Shown one piece after another: positions 8,408-17,948 of a stretch of 30,696 nt of DNA. The stretch spans positions 1 through 30,696 of IMG/VR virus record IMGVR_UViG_3300025786_000006; one strand, written 5' to 3'. The notes beneath the pieces are model-generated. The model saw only the letters and a program-made list of their open reading frames with translations. It searched no databases and was not told the origin of the DNA. The first letter of the stretch is position 1. Every line of letters starts with the position of its first letter. The stretch is from a virus (lineage: Duplodnaviria; Caudoviricetes). The translations under genes were made by a program, and so were the position numbers.

Positions 8408-9408
8408 ACAGAAACCCGCTTCATCTGTGATTCAGTGCTATAGCCACTGCGCGAAATCGTATGTTTGGATTCGACAATCATATACTCTCCATTCAGTTTG
8501 CCAAACTTAGAGGCGGTCACTCTGGCCCCAGCTACCAGTGAAGCATCTCCCCACAAGTTAATCGTAAAGCTGGTTTTATCGATCTCTTGCCGTTCTTGCT
8601 CGGCATCAGCCACAGCTTGAGCCTGACCTTTTGAATCCACGGGCAGAATTTTCTTATGGGTATCACTGGCTGTTTTATCCAGTGTCAGTTTGTTCTGGGC
8701 TTCGCCCTTGACCAACTTTTTCTTTCTGCGGTTTTGGTGTTTCACCTCTGTTTTTGCAGGCACTTCAGTGATTTTGTCCCGGTATTGGTAGCTGATCAGA
8801 TCTGCCGGGGTAATGACACGAACGGCTTTTTGAGAAGCCAGGTCTTTCAGTTTGGCCACGACCAGCGTCTGGTTATTATCCGTCAGCTTGACCTCATAGC
8901 CATATTCCCGGCACAGGCGCACCAGAAAGGCCCAATCCGTTTCACCGTACTGGGTCGCTTTGGGGATCTGAATATCTGCAATTTGTCCGCTAACCTTGGC
9001 CTTGAGGCGTTTGGCTACCTTTTCGACAATGGCCTTGAGCGTGGTCTTTTCATAGGCTTTCCCAAGACGCGTTCTTGCCTGCCGACTCAATCCCGCAGAG
9101 AGCGCACGAATCCGAACAGTAGAGGGAGGGCCTTCGATTTCAATCTCATCCACTTCAAAGGCCCCGGCCTTAATCAGGGGCTTGTGGGTATAGCCATATT
9201 CCAGCTTGATTTCAGCTCCCTTTTCCGGGTACCAGGCATCCATCCAGCGGCCATCTGGGTCAACCAGTGAAACATCCAATTCATCAGATTGCCCGGTCAG
9301 CCGGTCAGTATAGACAATCTCTGTGATATATGGGGCCAGATCATGGGTAACATCCTTGCCCGCATAGAAAAGCTTAAAATCTGGTTTGATGGCTTGTTTC
9401 ACTTCCAC
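8404..9408 (-). CDS. Baseplate hub, P2 late control gene D-like
   Basis: YTDRLTGQSDELDV, FEVDEIEIEGPPSTVRIRA and QYGETDWAFLVRL motifs. Confidence 0.92.
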   Translation of the reverse strand: MEVKQAIKPDFKLFYAGKDVTHDLAPYITEIVYTDRLTGQSDELDVSLVDPDGRWMDAWYPEKGAEIKLEYGYTHKPLIKAGAFEVDEIEIEGPPSTVRIRALSAGLSRQARTRLGKAYEKTTLKAIVEKVAKRLKAKVSGQIADIQIPKATQYGETDWAFLVRLCREYGYEVKLTDNNQTLVVAKLKDLASQKAVRVITPADLISYQYRDKITEVPAKTEVKHQNRRKKKLVKGEAQNKLTLDKTASDTHKKILPVDSKGQAQAVADAEQERQEIDKTSFTINLWGDASLVAGARVTASKFGKLNGEYMIVESKHTISRSGYSTESQMKRVSV

Positions 9409-9611
9409 GGCGGAAGCCCTACAATATCTGCGGCCTGCTCAATCAGGGGGATATACAACTTGAGGCCAGAGGGCAGGGCAGGCGCAATCGGGGCATGGGG
9501 ATTGGTTTCGATCAAAAGCCCGATCTGGTTGATATCACGGTAATACTGCCAGGCAATATTATCCCAGCGTTCCCCCTCTTTGGTAATGTGTTCAAGGTAT
9601 TGCTGGCTCAT
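9399..9611 (-). CDS. Tail protein X (LysM-like)
   Basis: HITKEGERWDNIAWQYY...NP...LPSGLKLYIP...LPPWK. Confidence 0.92.
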   Translation of the reverse strand: MSQQYLEHITKEGERWDNIAWQYYRDINQIGLLIETNPHAPIAPALPSGLKLYIPLIEQAADIVGLPPWK

Positions 9612-10513
9612 TTTGGCGGGCCTCCGAGGCGACTGCCCACTTCACCAAAGGCCTGCAGTCTTTCAAGTGCAGGCTGAGTATTGGCAGACAGGCCAACGGC
9701 TGAAGACATGTGTCCAGCCGCAGCGCTCAATCCGCCCAGGTCAGTGGATTGTTCCAGCAAAGAGGCTGCTGTAGTGATTTCAGTTTGCGCCTGGCTTAAA
9801 CCCGTGGCCACTTCACCGGCATCTTGAGCAACGACAGCCATCTCCTGGAACTGCTGAACATTTTCAACGGGTAGCAATTGAGCCATTTCAGCCAGTTCAG
9901 GAGCATAGGCACCGGCCAAACCAACCGCACCCAAAATATCTCCATTCTGAGCGCTGGCCACAATGTCATTCACACGGGCAGAGGCTTCGCCAATGGTTTC
10001 AATCGTTCCCATCACAGTATCCAGGGTTTCAAGGAACCCACCGGGCGGCTCAGTGAGCAAGACTGTGGGATTGGTGATTGCCTCAATCGGCAGGGTATCT
10101 ACAATCACGCCGGGGGGATTGGGTTTTGCTGGGTCGCCAGTATACTCTTTGAGAGCGAGATTTAGCTCCATGGCAATAATATTCCCGCTGGGATCGGTAT
10201 GCCGCAAAGCCACATCCAAATCAGGGATAACAAAGACCCCGCGATACTCACCCGTACCCATCACCAAAGAGAGGGTGTCCTGATTGTCCATGTGTTCTTT
10301 GAGCTTGCGCAGCTCATAGGCAGGGTCACACCAATTAGAATGCAGGAGCACGCGCCAAGAGATTTCATCAGGGGAAAAGCCCGTAAACTGAAGCCCAGAC
10401 TTGCGGCCAATCAAAGCTAGATCGGCATAAGAGGCAGAATATTTTACACCCAATTCAGAAGGGCCAGTCAGAACTTCGATTTCAGTATCGCCCAGAGTCG
10501 CAAACGCAGTCAT
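9608..10513 (-). CDS. P2 gpU-like tail tube initiator with C-terminal extension
   Basis: FATLGD...YADLALIGRKSGLQFTG...LSLVMGTGEYRGVFVI...LKEY in the first ~125 aa. Confidence 0.85.
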   Translation of the reverse strand: MTAFATLGDTEIEVLTGPSELGVKYSASYADLALIGRKSGLQFTGFSPDEISWRVLLHSNWCDPAYELRKLKEHMDNQDTLSLVMGTGEYRGVFVIPDLDVALRHTDPSGNIIAMELNLALKEYTGDPAKPNPPGVIVDTLPIEAITNPTVLLTEPPGGFLETLDTVMGTIETIGEASARVNDIVASAQNGDILGAVGLAGAYAPELAEMAQLLPVENVQQFQEMAVVAQDAGEVATGLSQAQTEITTAASLLEQSTDLGGLSAAAGHMSSAVGLSANTQPALERLQAFGEVGSRLGGPPK

Positions 10514-13005
10514 CAGGCATGGCTCCGTTTTTTGTCATGGGTGTAGCGATCCATAAATCGCTTGAACTCGGGGTAGAGATCGCGCACCGCTTGCTGCATT
10601 TGCTGCTCAGAACTTGCACCTGGCAGAGCACTGAGCTGAATCACAGGCGCGAAGGTGATATTATGCCCGCCGCCAGCGTTCCCTCTGGCAGAAGCTAAAG
10701 CCAGAGATGGGCCAGACAGTTTCTGAAAACTCGGAGTTGCAGCCTTTGCCAGCTTACCCGCAGCACCCGCTACACTGGCTGCTTTGGCTACCATGCCCAG
10801 CTCCAGGCCAGCACCCAGATTTTGACCATAGTTCATAAAGACACGGGACGGGGAATGGATTCCAAGGATGCCTGTAAATGTGCTCTTGATATTGTTCCCA
10901 ATCTCTTTGAGCCTGCTCATTACCGCTCCTGCCGCTGAATTAATTCCATTTATCAGGCCGTGCATCATATTTGCGCCAATCGATAAGAATTTTTCGGGCA
11001 GAGCCATAAAATGCGCCAGCATTTCTTGTCCTTTGCTGATCATTTCAGCCAGTGCCAAGCCGAATTTTTTCCCCATCTTTTCAGCCGCGCCACCAGTGTC
11101 ATTGACTGGGCTCAAAAGGCTTTTCAACCAGTTCCAAACGCCTTTCAAAGCACCCACAATAGGCTGAATAATCGGGGCAACTGCTTTGAAGGCACCATCA
11201 AAAGCAGGCTTCAGTGGTTTCAACCCAACCATCAGGCCATGCCAAAGCCCTTTGAAAAAACCTGAGATCGGTTTCCAGTATTTAAAGACCAATATTGCGC
11301 CAACAGCCAGCGCAGCAATAGCAATCCCCGCAGGATTCGCCAGAGCAGCCATGCCGACTGCGCGAATGCCAAGAGCAACTCCTCTCAACAGAGCAGGAAT
11401 CTTGGTCAAAAGACCAGGGATTTTTCCAAAAGCTCCGCCAATAGCGCCGGGGATTTTTAGTAGTGCGCCTGGCAACCCAGCAAACAGCCGACCAACTTTA
11501 CCCACAGCGCCAACAATTGAACTTCCAAAACTCTTGGCTGCATTACCCACAGAGCTGAAAGCAGATTTGAATATTGCTGAAAACTTTGGCATTGGGATTG
11601 GCTTATTGGCCGCAGCGACAATGTTTGCTCCTGCTGAAGCATTCCAAATTTTCATTGACAATGCCGCATCTTTGCCATGCTTCGCGAGCTTACCAGCTCC
11701 AGCGGCAATCTTGCTCGCGCCCGTTGCAGCATGTCCGAAGGCTGGCAGAGCCATACCAAGACCCATCGCTGCTGTTCCACCCACAACCAAAGCAGCCCCA
11801 CTGAGCAGGGTAAAGGCTGTAGCCATCTTTGTAATTTGTGGATGTTCTTTGGTGAATTTCTGAAGGTTTTCAGAGAGCTTTCCAAAGCCATCTGCCATGG
11901 CTTTAAGCTCAGGAGCAATGGAACCACCAAGGGTAGCAAGCATATTGGTAAAAGTGCCTGTCGCAGAATCCCAAATGTTGGTAAGCGTCTTGAGCTGAGC
12001 TTCTACTTTGGTATTGAGATCAGCTTGGTCTTTCTTCTTTTTTTCCATGGCGTTATAAGCTTTGATTCCGCCAGAAATAATAGTGGATACCATTTGAGCA
12101 TCTTGCCCGCTTCCGAACAAAGAATTCAGAACGGAGGCTTTTTTATCTGGAGCTAGTTTGTTAAGCTTTTCGAGCTGAGAAATCATATTGCGCTCACCAA
12201 GAAATTTGCCTGATTTGCCAAAGAACCGCATCTCTATGCCCAAGGCTTTAAGACTTTTTTGAGCCGCTTTTGCTTTGTCTCCAATGCCGTATTGGTACTG
12301 TTGCAATCCGCCCGCAAGGGCTGCAAAGTTAGTACCAACAGTTTCTCCAGAAAGACCAGTTTTGATAAGCATCGCAAAGAGAGTGCTAAGCCCTGATGCT
12401 GATTCCAAACCCTGAGCGCCAATTTCTTTCAGCTTGCCAGCACTACGCCCAAAAGCAAGCTCCATCTCTCCTGTTGTTACGCCAAGATTTGCTGTGCGCT
12501 GAATGGTATCCATAAACTTTTCCATGTCTTTGGATGCAATCCCAGCAGCCTCTCCAGTTTTAGCAGCAAAGATCGCGGCTTCACGGTAGGGCATTTTAAG
12601 CTGAACGCCAAGATAGGCAGCAGCTTTACCAACACCCCCAAGGATAGAGTCAGCCTTGACGCCCTGCTGATTCAGGGCAGTCATCATTTCCTGAAAGTCT
12701 GCGGTTGTGCCTGGCAACTTATTACCAAGATCTGTCGCAAGTTTATTGACGGCTTCAAAGCCCTGAGAAACGCCCTTAGAGTCCATCATCGAGACTCTAA
12801 GCTGAGTTGCCGCGTCTTCAGCTTCAGCGAAAGCTTGAATGGGAGCCTGCATTGCCCCAAGAATCTTCTGGCCCATCGCCCGCGAAGCGGCCCCAATCGC
12901 CAGGAGTTCGTGACTGAATTTCTTGACGTTGCTCTGAGCTTGCCCAAGAGGGCCTGAAGCCATATCTTTGAGCGTCAGCATCATGGCTAAAAGCATGTCA
13001 GACAT
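10513..13005 (-). CDS. Tail tape measure protein
   Basis: 830 aa, Ala/Gly-rich helical. LGNKLPGTTADF, KYWKPISGFFKGLW and LGIHSPSRVF motifs. AAGGAGG RBS. Confidence 0.95.
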   Translation of the reverse strand: MSDMLLAMMLTLKDMASGPLGQAQSNVKKFSHELLAIGAASRAMGQKILGAMQAPIQAFAEAEDAATQLRVSMMDSKGVSQGFEAVNKLATDLGNKLPGTTADFQEMMTALNQQGVKADSILGGVGKAAAYLGVQLKMPYREAAIFAAKTGEAAGIASKDMEKFMDTIQRTANLGVTTGEMELAFGRSAGKLKEIGAQGLESASGLSTLFAMLIKTGLSGETVGTNFAALAGGLQQYQYGIGDKAKAAQKSLKALGIEMRFFGKSGKFLGERNMISQLEKLNKLAPDKKASVLNSLFGSGQDAQMVSTIISGGIKAYNAMEKKKKDQADLNTKVEAQLKTLTNIWDSATGTFTNMLATLGGSIAPELKAMADGFGKLSENLQKFTKEHPQITKMATAFTLLSGAALVVGGTAAMGLGMALPAFGHAATGASKIAAGAGKLAKHGKDAALSMKIWNASAGANIVAAANKPIPMPKFSAIFKSAFSSVGNAAKSFGSSIVGAVGKVGRLFAGLPGALLKIPGAIGGAFGKIPGLLTKIPALLRGVALGIRAVGMAALANPAGIAIAALAVGAILVFKYWKPISGFFKGLWHGLMVGLKPLKPAFDGAFKAVAPIIQPIVGALKGVWNWLKSLLSPVNDTGGAAEKMGKKFGLALAEMISKGQEMLAHFMALPEKFLSIGANMMHGLINGINSAAGAVMSRLKEIGNNIKSTFTGILGIHSPSRVFMNYGQNLGAGLELGMVAKAASVAGAAGKLAKAATPSFQKLSGPSLALASARGNAGGGHNITFAPVIQLSALPGASSEQQMQQAVRDLYPEFKRFMDRYTHDKKRSHA

Positions 13006-13008
13006 GGG

Positions 13009-13170
13009 TTAATCCTCCTTGGGGGTATTGATGTGATTCCAGTAGGCGACAGACTCCTGACACCACCACGCCAGGTCATCAAGATCCATGCAGTCTATTT
13101 CAGACGGACTGGCTCCAGTGACATGGCAGAGATGAACAAGAAGCTGAGCGCTGGGTAGAACTACTTTCCC
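13009..13170 (-). CDS. -1 frameshift extension (gpE'/GT-like) of the tail assembly chaperone
   Basis: Slippery G GGA AAG at 13170-13164 just before the TAG. The -1 frame reads VVLPSAQLLVHLCHVTGASPSEIDCMDLDDLAWWCQESVAYWNHINTPKED and stops 3 nt before the TMP ATG. Confidence 0.85.
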   Translation of the reverse strand, partial: GKVVLPSAQLLVHLCHVTGASPSEIDCMDLDDLAWWCQESVAYWNHINTPKED

Positions 13171-13430
13171 AGCAGTTTGTTTGAGGCCTGAATAAGTGCG
13201 TTACAGTCATCCAAGTCCATTTCGAGAAAATCGTCTTCGTAGTTCAAAGATTTTCCATTGATAGTGGTGGAATCAGCGGCCAGAATCATACCGAATTCGT
13301 TTGGATTGTCAGAAATGCGCATGGCGTTTCTGAGCTGTCGCCCTTTGGCTTTGCGCACAATCGCAGTGCGACCGTCAGAAAGGGTGACTTCAAGCTGGTT
13401 GGGATTGGTTTCTTGAGTTACGGGCTCCAT
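13161..13430 (-). CDS. Tail assembly chaperone (gpE/Mu gp41-like)
   Basis: Between tube and TMP. VRKAKGRQLRNA...EMDLDD motif. Confidence 0.88.
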   Translation of the reverse strand: MEPVTQETNPNQLEVTLSDGRTAIVRKAKGRQLRNAMRISDNPNEFGMILAADSTTINGKSLNYEDDFLEMDLDDCNALIQASNKLLGK

Positions 13431-13437
13431 ATTTCAA

Positions 13438-13959
13438 TTATCCCCCTATGTTACTTCTGTAAGTCGCCAGCATATCGACCCCACCGGCTTTGTAGATGTT
13501 TTCGAGCACGTCAATTTCGACAATATCTTCGCCATTGACGGTCTGTTTCATGTAATAGCAGGCAAAATCTGTCTCAAGCTCCACATTGTCTTGGGGCTTG
13601 AAATTCCCGCCAGGGAACTTTTTAAAGGCCACCGTCAGGTTAATAACGACCTTTTTCTGTTCTGAACGGCCTTGACCTGTCCAGGATTCCAGTGAACCAC
13701 GCACCTGAATCTGCACAGACTTGAAGGGATTGGCTGTTTTCTTCATGGCATCGGGGTAAAGGCTTGACCATTTGATCTTGCCTTCGAGCTTCTCAAAGCC
13801 AGCGAAGGCTTCAATGCTCCCAACCATTCCCAGTGCTTTGTGCTCTGCTGTTTTCACCTTAATTTCAGGTAAGGTGATTTCTTCAACCCGACCCAGCAGA
13901 CTATTCCCCTCAAAGAAGACATTGGCATTGGTCAGGCGGTTGATCGCAATTTTAGACAT
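13438..13959 (-). CDS. Major tail tube protein (P2 FII-like)
   Basis: LTNANVFFEG...EEITLPEI...EIDVLENIYKAGGVDMLATYRSNIG. Confidence 0.95.
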   Translation of the reverse strand: MSKIAINRLTNANVFFEGNSLLGRVEEITLPEIKVKTAEHKALGMVGSIEAFAGFEKLEGKIKWSSLYPDAMKKTANPFKSVQIQVRGSLESWTGQGRSEQKKVVINLTVAFKKFPGGNFKPQDNVELETDFACYYMKQTVNGEDIVEIDVLENIYKAGGVDMLATYRSNIGG

Positions 13960-13971
13960 GGTTTGCTCCTT

Positions 13972-15399
13972 TTACGCTGCGGCCCCAAGGCCAGCCAGCA
14001 AATTGATGTCGAGGAAGGATTCAAAGGTGATGCGTTCTGCCGGGGTCGGCGGAATGAAGGTCACATCAAAGGTGAGATGGCCCAAGGCAATCTCTGTGGG
14101 GGGATTCTTGGCGGGATCGTAGGTTACTTCACCGTCTACAATCGCTCCACGTCCGATCAGAGTACGGACAAAGGCATTGGCGCTCTGAATGATGGCATCA
14201 ATCAGAACATCGTCAATCGGGTAATCAATGAACTGGAGCATTGAAAACTCGATGGATTCATGCAGAACATCAGCGGTACGGCGCACAGAAACGAAGTTTT
14301 TGGGGCTGGTGACTGAAGGCCATGCGGCACTTCGATTACCCCAAGTGCGCAGACCCGTTCCAAAGCTGTTAAAGACCGTACAGATTCCGGCTTCGTTGAG
14401 CTGGTTGGCTTCAGTATTGGGATCGTTCACGCGGGCAGAGATTGGGAATTCAGAGCCTGTGATGCCCAGGATTTCCAGATTGGAGGGAGACCACCAATAG
14501 CCATTTTCAACATCACGTCGACACATGACTCCTGCCAGACGCTGGCTGTAGGGTTCCAGACGTTCGGCATTGAGCACGGTATCGTAAACTTTGAGATGGG
14601 GATAGCAGAGATAAGCCCGCTCTGAGCTGGTATTGAAGTTAATCGTGCCCGCAGGACCGCGCCCTGCAATGGCTTGGGCGGGTGTCGTGCCGATTGGAGC
14701 ATCGATCAGGGCAATGGCTTTGAGCTTTTGCGCCATTGCAATCAGCTCAACTGCAACACTGTTCTGAGTGCAGAACACGGGTGAGATTAGAATCTTGGCG
14801 AAATAGCCGAAGAGGTTATACGTGTCATCCAGGGCCTGGATGCCTGAACGCTGCCCCCCCACAGAAGTGCCGCCGATAATATCCGAGGCCAATACTTTGG
14901 TAGGATCGGCATAGTCATAATCCGCTTCAATGGCTTGACCTGCGGTAATATCACCTGTCGGAATTCGGGTGACTTTCCCGGTCACAGGGTCAACTGAATA
15001 GTCTGTATCTTTGACATAGGTGACCGTCCCGCCAGTATTCTTCAAAACCAGATTGGCGATATGTGGATGCGCAAGGCTCAAGGTGCCATCGGTACCGAAG
15101 GTTTGAGCTTCAGCAGCCACAGCGGTTTTATGCACAGCAGGGTCAAGCACATTAATCACGATCACCGTGCCATAGCCTTGGTCGAAGATCGCATTCAGAG
15201 CTTGGGGAATGGTAAAGTTAGGGGTCTGAGGGCCAAAAGCAGCAGCATCCCGGTCAGAGAGCACCACTGTCGGCGTATTGACTGCACCCATTGGGGCAGA
15301 GCCAATCAGGCCCACCACAGCAGTTTTAACGGTTCGGATGGGGCGGGGGCCTTTGTCCACCTCGATGGTTTCGACCCCGTGAAGGTAATTGACAGCCAT
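13972..15399 (-). CDS. Tail sheath protein (P2 FI-like)
   Basis: YLHGVETIEV, GYWWSPSN, GLRTWGNRS and PPTPAERITF motifs. Confidence 0.97.
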   Translation of the reverse strand: MAVNYLHGVETIEVDKGPRPIRTVKTAVVGLIGSAPMGAVNTPTVVLSDRDAAAFGPQTPNFTIPQALNAIFDQGYGTVIVINVLDPAVHKTAVAAEAQTFGTDGTLSLAHPHIANLVLKNTGGTVTYVKDTDYSVDPVTGKVTRIPTGDITAGQAIEADYDYADPTKVLASDIIGGTSVGGQRSGIQALDDTYNLFGYFAKILISPVFCTQNSVAVELIAMAQKLKAIALIDAPIGTTPAQAIAGRGPAGTINFNTSSERAYLCYPHLKVYDTVLNAERLEPYSQRLAGVMCRRDVENGYWWSPSNLEILGITGSEFPISARVNDPNTEANQLNEAGICTVFNSFGTGLRTWGNRSAAWPSVTSPKNFVSVRRTADVLHESIEFSMLQFIDYPIDDVLIDAIIQSANAFVRTLIGRGAIVDGEVTYDPAKNPPTEIALGHLTFDVTFIPPTPAERITFESFLDINLLAGLGAAA

Positions 15400-15599
15400 T
15401 AGGCTTTTTCTCCTTTGCTTTTGCTGGTTTTGGGCTGGGATGGCTCAGGAACAAGTCGCCGCTGGCTTACCAGTGCCTGGACGTATTCATTGTCTTCAGG
15501 CAAGCCATATTTCTGGCCGGGGTAAAACAGGACTTCGCTCCCGTCTGCCAATGTGACCCCAGAGGGCGGGCCGTTGTAGGTATAAGTGGTCATGGTCAA
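15399..15599 (-). CDS. Small hypothetical protein preceding sheath
   Basis: 66 aa, overlaps both neighbours, occupies the Mu gp38 position. Confidence 0.75.
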   Translation of the reverse strand: MTMTTYTYNGPPSGVTLADGSEVLFYPGQKYGLPEDNEYVQALVSQRRLVPEPSQPKTSKSKGEKA

Positions 15600-16057
15600 A
15601 CCTCATCGAAAGTTAATAGTTTCAAAAGCGGCCCGATTACGGGCTCTGCATCATCCACCCAAACCGCTTGCGTGTTCAGGATAATGCTCATGCTCCAAGC
15701 CCCTTCTTCCTGACCGTGATTCGTGACCCGGCCAATACGGAAGGGAGTCAGACCAGAATCAGGGGGCACCCAACCCAGCAATGCTTTACGGCTGGCTTCG
15801 AGCAGCGAATAAAGTCCTGTTCCAGAGCGCAGCGAGCGAGAGAACAAGACCAATTCATAGCTCAGCGTGACGGGCTGGGCTGTGGTGAAGAGATCGATTC
15901 CGGGGCCGGGATCGGCCCCAGTAAAGACCACCAAAGCAGCCCCAATAGGATGGGTAAAGTTCCACTGTTTCTCTGGGAGAGCTTCAACCGGCAGCGGCGA
16001 CAGAGCAATTTTCAGCCGGTCTACGATGGCGGTCTCAATATCCAGCTCCCAGGACAT
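15596..16057 (-). CDS. Mu gp37-like tail terminator
   Basis: IETAIVDRLK...FTHPIGAALVVFTG...ALLGWVP. Follows gp36. Confidence 0.85.
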   Translation of the reverse strand: MSWELDIETAIVDRLKIALSPLPVEALPEKQWNFTHPIGAALVVFTGADPGPGIDLFTTAQPVTLSYELVLFSRSLRSGTGLYSLLEASRKALLGWVPPDSGLTPFRIGRVTNHGQEEGAWSMSIILNTQAVWVDDAEPVIGPLLKLLTFDEV

Positions 16058-16059
16058 GC

Positions 16060-16470
16060 TCAGTACCCCAGATTCGTCATGATGGAATCAGGGGCTGAAT
16101 AGGCAATGCCGGTCGGGGCGGCACTGCCCGTATCTGCGGTTGACAGACCCAGACTGACTTCGCCTTTGGCCAGCATCTTCAGGTATGCAATAGCATCCTC
16201 ATAGCGCTTGCGAGAATCTTCAAGGTCTCCGAAACCACGCAGATTTTGAAGCCTGTACATGGCAATATCTATCGCGACCCGCCTCAGGACAGGGGGCACT
16301 GAGGCCAGCGGTAATACATAGCGACCGGCCAGATACCCGTCGATTTCAGCAAAGGCATCATTCAATGCTCGCTGGATTGCCACGGTATCCGGGGTATCTG
16401 TGCCTGTCAGGTTGGCGACCAGATTCTCAGGGGCAGCGGCAATCAATTCGGCGGGTGTGGCGTAGTCCAT
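16060..16470 (-). CDS. Mu gp36-like (DUF1320) head-tail connector
   Basis: YAT...ALNDAFAEIDGYLAGRYVLPL...DIAMYRL...RYEDAIAYLKMLAKGEVSLG. Confidence 0.93.
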   Translation of the reverse strand: MDYATPAELIAAAPENLVANLTGTDTPDTVAIQRALNDAFAEIDGYLAGRYVLPLASVPPVLRRVAIDIAMYRLQNLRGFGDLEDSRKRYEDAIAYLKMLAKGEVSLGLSTADTGSAAPTGIAYSAPDSIMTNLGY

Positions 16471-16472
16471 TT

Positions 16473-16646
16473 TCACCCGGCCTTTTTAGAGGATTTAGGG
16501 GGTGTTTTAACCCCGTTTAAATCCACCGCAAGCGCAGCCCCGGCATCAATCAGGGGCTGGGCCTGTTCAGCGGGGAGATCCAGCAGGGTATCCTGCGGAA
16601 TCATCTCCCCGTCATGTTTAATCGGTGTGACCGTCTTGATTTTCAC
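16473..16646 (-). CDS. 57-aa post-capsid protein (Mu gp35 position; not in ORF track)
   Basis: Hand-translated from GTG: KIKTVTPIKHDGEMIPQDTLLDLPAEQAQPLIDAGAA...PPKSSKKAG. Fills the capsid-gp36 gap. The PIxHDG...A..L...GA pattern is common after capsid genes. Confidence 0.75.
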   Translation of the reverse strand: MKIKTVTPIKHDGEMIPQDTLLDLPAEQAQPLIDAGAALAVDLNGVKTPPKSSKKAG

Positions 16647-16650
16647 AGAC

Positions 16651-17586
16651 CTAAGCCACCGCGTTCGTGATCAGGTATCCGGCATCAGCACCGGCAATGA
16701 CGGGGGAAACCTCGTCAATCACGGGGTAATACCAAGAACGATCATTCTTGCTGTAATTGGCCTCTTCGGCCACCGGGTAATTGCGCAGACGGTAAGTGTA
16801 CGCGTAGGACGGTGAGCCCATGGCAGCCAGAGAGGCGGGGGCAGCGTAGGCCAGCACCACATCTTTGCCCCAAACATCGGTGAACGCGCCTGATTCATCG
16901 GCATAAACAGCCTTGCCGACATGCACCTGGTCAATATCCCAGAGCGCGGCCAGCATTTGAGCGGTTACGGAATCCCGACCCGTGTACTTAATCCGATCAA
17001 TGATCTGCGGATGGGTTTTCAGGACTGAGAAAACAGCTGCTGAAATGATTGCGACATTGGGATAAAGCCCTGTCTTTGTGCGAATTGCTTCACGGGCAGT
17101 TTCAATGTCTGAAGAGGGTTTCGAGCTGGCATCACTCCACTGCGATGTTCCAGAGAGCGTAACCTTATTGCTGGCAGCATAGGAGGCCGCATTGCGGGCC
17201 AGTTGGGCCTGTTGGTACTCCAGACGCAGGTGAATAATATCCATGACCTGGCTGACGGCAATCTTGCCTAAGTCAATACCTGGAATAGCTTTCGCATCTT
17301 CGAGTAATTCAACAGGGACTTTTCCATTCAGAGCGTGTTGTTCAAGGGCATAGGGGGTATTGGAATAAGCAAAATCTACTGAACCGACATTCCCACCGGG
17401 AGCGCGAGCTGTGCGGTAGAGCTTGAAAGCTTCTTTGCCAAATTCAACGACCTTCCCACCCCGCTGACCGACAGGCACATAAGGGAAAAGATTTAAGCCG
17501 ACATGTTCGGCATTGCGGTACCCACGGGCCACTTCAGTCAGAACGGGATCGACGACACGGGCCTGGGCTGTGTTCATTTGAGCCAT
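16651..17586 (-). CDS. Major capsid protein
   Basis: 311 aa. VDPVLTEVARGYRN, LSGTSQWSD, VWGKDVVLAY and PSYAYTYRL motifs. After protease and cement genes. Confidence 0.92.
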   Translation of the reverse strand: MAQMNTAQARVVDPVLTEVARGYRNAEHVGLNLFPYVPVGQRGGKVVEFGKEAFKLYRTARAPGGNVGSVDFAYSNTPYALEQHALNGKVPVELLEDAKAIPGIDLGKIAVSQVMDIIHLRLEYQQAQLARNAASYAASNKVTLSGTSQWSDASSKPSSDIETAREAIRTKTGLYPNVAIISAAVFSVLKTHPQIIDRIKYTGRDSVTAQMLAALWDIDQVHVGKAVYADESGAFTDVWGKDVVLAYAAPASLAAMGSPSYAYTYRLRNYPVAEEANYSKNDRSWYYPVIDEVSPVIAGADAGYLITNAVA

Positions 17587-17609
17587 TGGTTTTTCTCCTT
17601 GGTTTTTCT

Positions 17610-17948
17610 TTAGTTGGGAATCAGCAGAACTTCAATGACTTGCCCGGCAGCCGTGGCGGCCTGCAAAGTACGGCCCACGGTTACACCCGTAGACTTGGTG
17701 ACAATCCGGCCATCGGCCAGAGCTTCTACTTCTGCCCCTTCAGCGATAGCGGCAGAGGCTTCAATCGGAGCTGTGCCCATTGCAATCACCGGAGCGGTCT
17801 GACCTGAAGAAGTGTCCATACCGGCAACCCCCAAGGTATTTCCGCCTGCGGTCGGCAGCCCTCCTGTCGGAGAGACCAAACGATTGCCGGTTAAACCGGC
17901 AGTCGCAAGAATACTCAGCGTTAAAACGCTTCTGAACTGTGCTGACAT
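17610..17948 (-). CDS. Capsid cement/decoration protein (DUF2190-like)
   Basis: Gly/Ala/Thr-rich, ends ATAAGQVIEVLL, precedes capsid gene. Confidence 0.85.
   Translation of the reverse strand: MSAQFRSVLTLSILATAGLTGNRLVSPTGGLPTAGGNTLGVAGMDTSSGQTAPVIAMGTAPIEASAAIAEGAEVEALADGRIVTKSTGVTVGRTLQAATAAGQVIEVLLIPN

Noticed and set aside
8656-12156. Long + strand ORFs opposite gpD, gpU and the tape measure gene
   Set aside because: Antisense shadows with no recognisable motifs.
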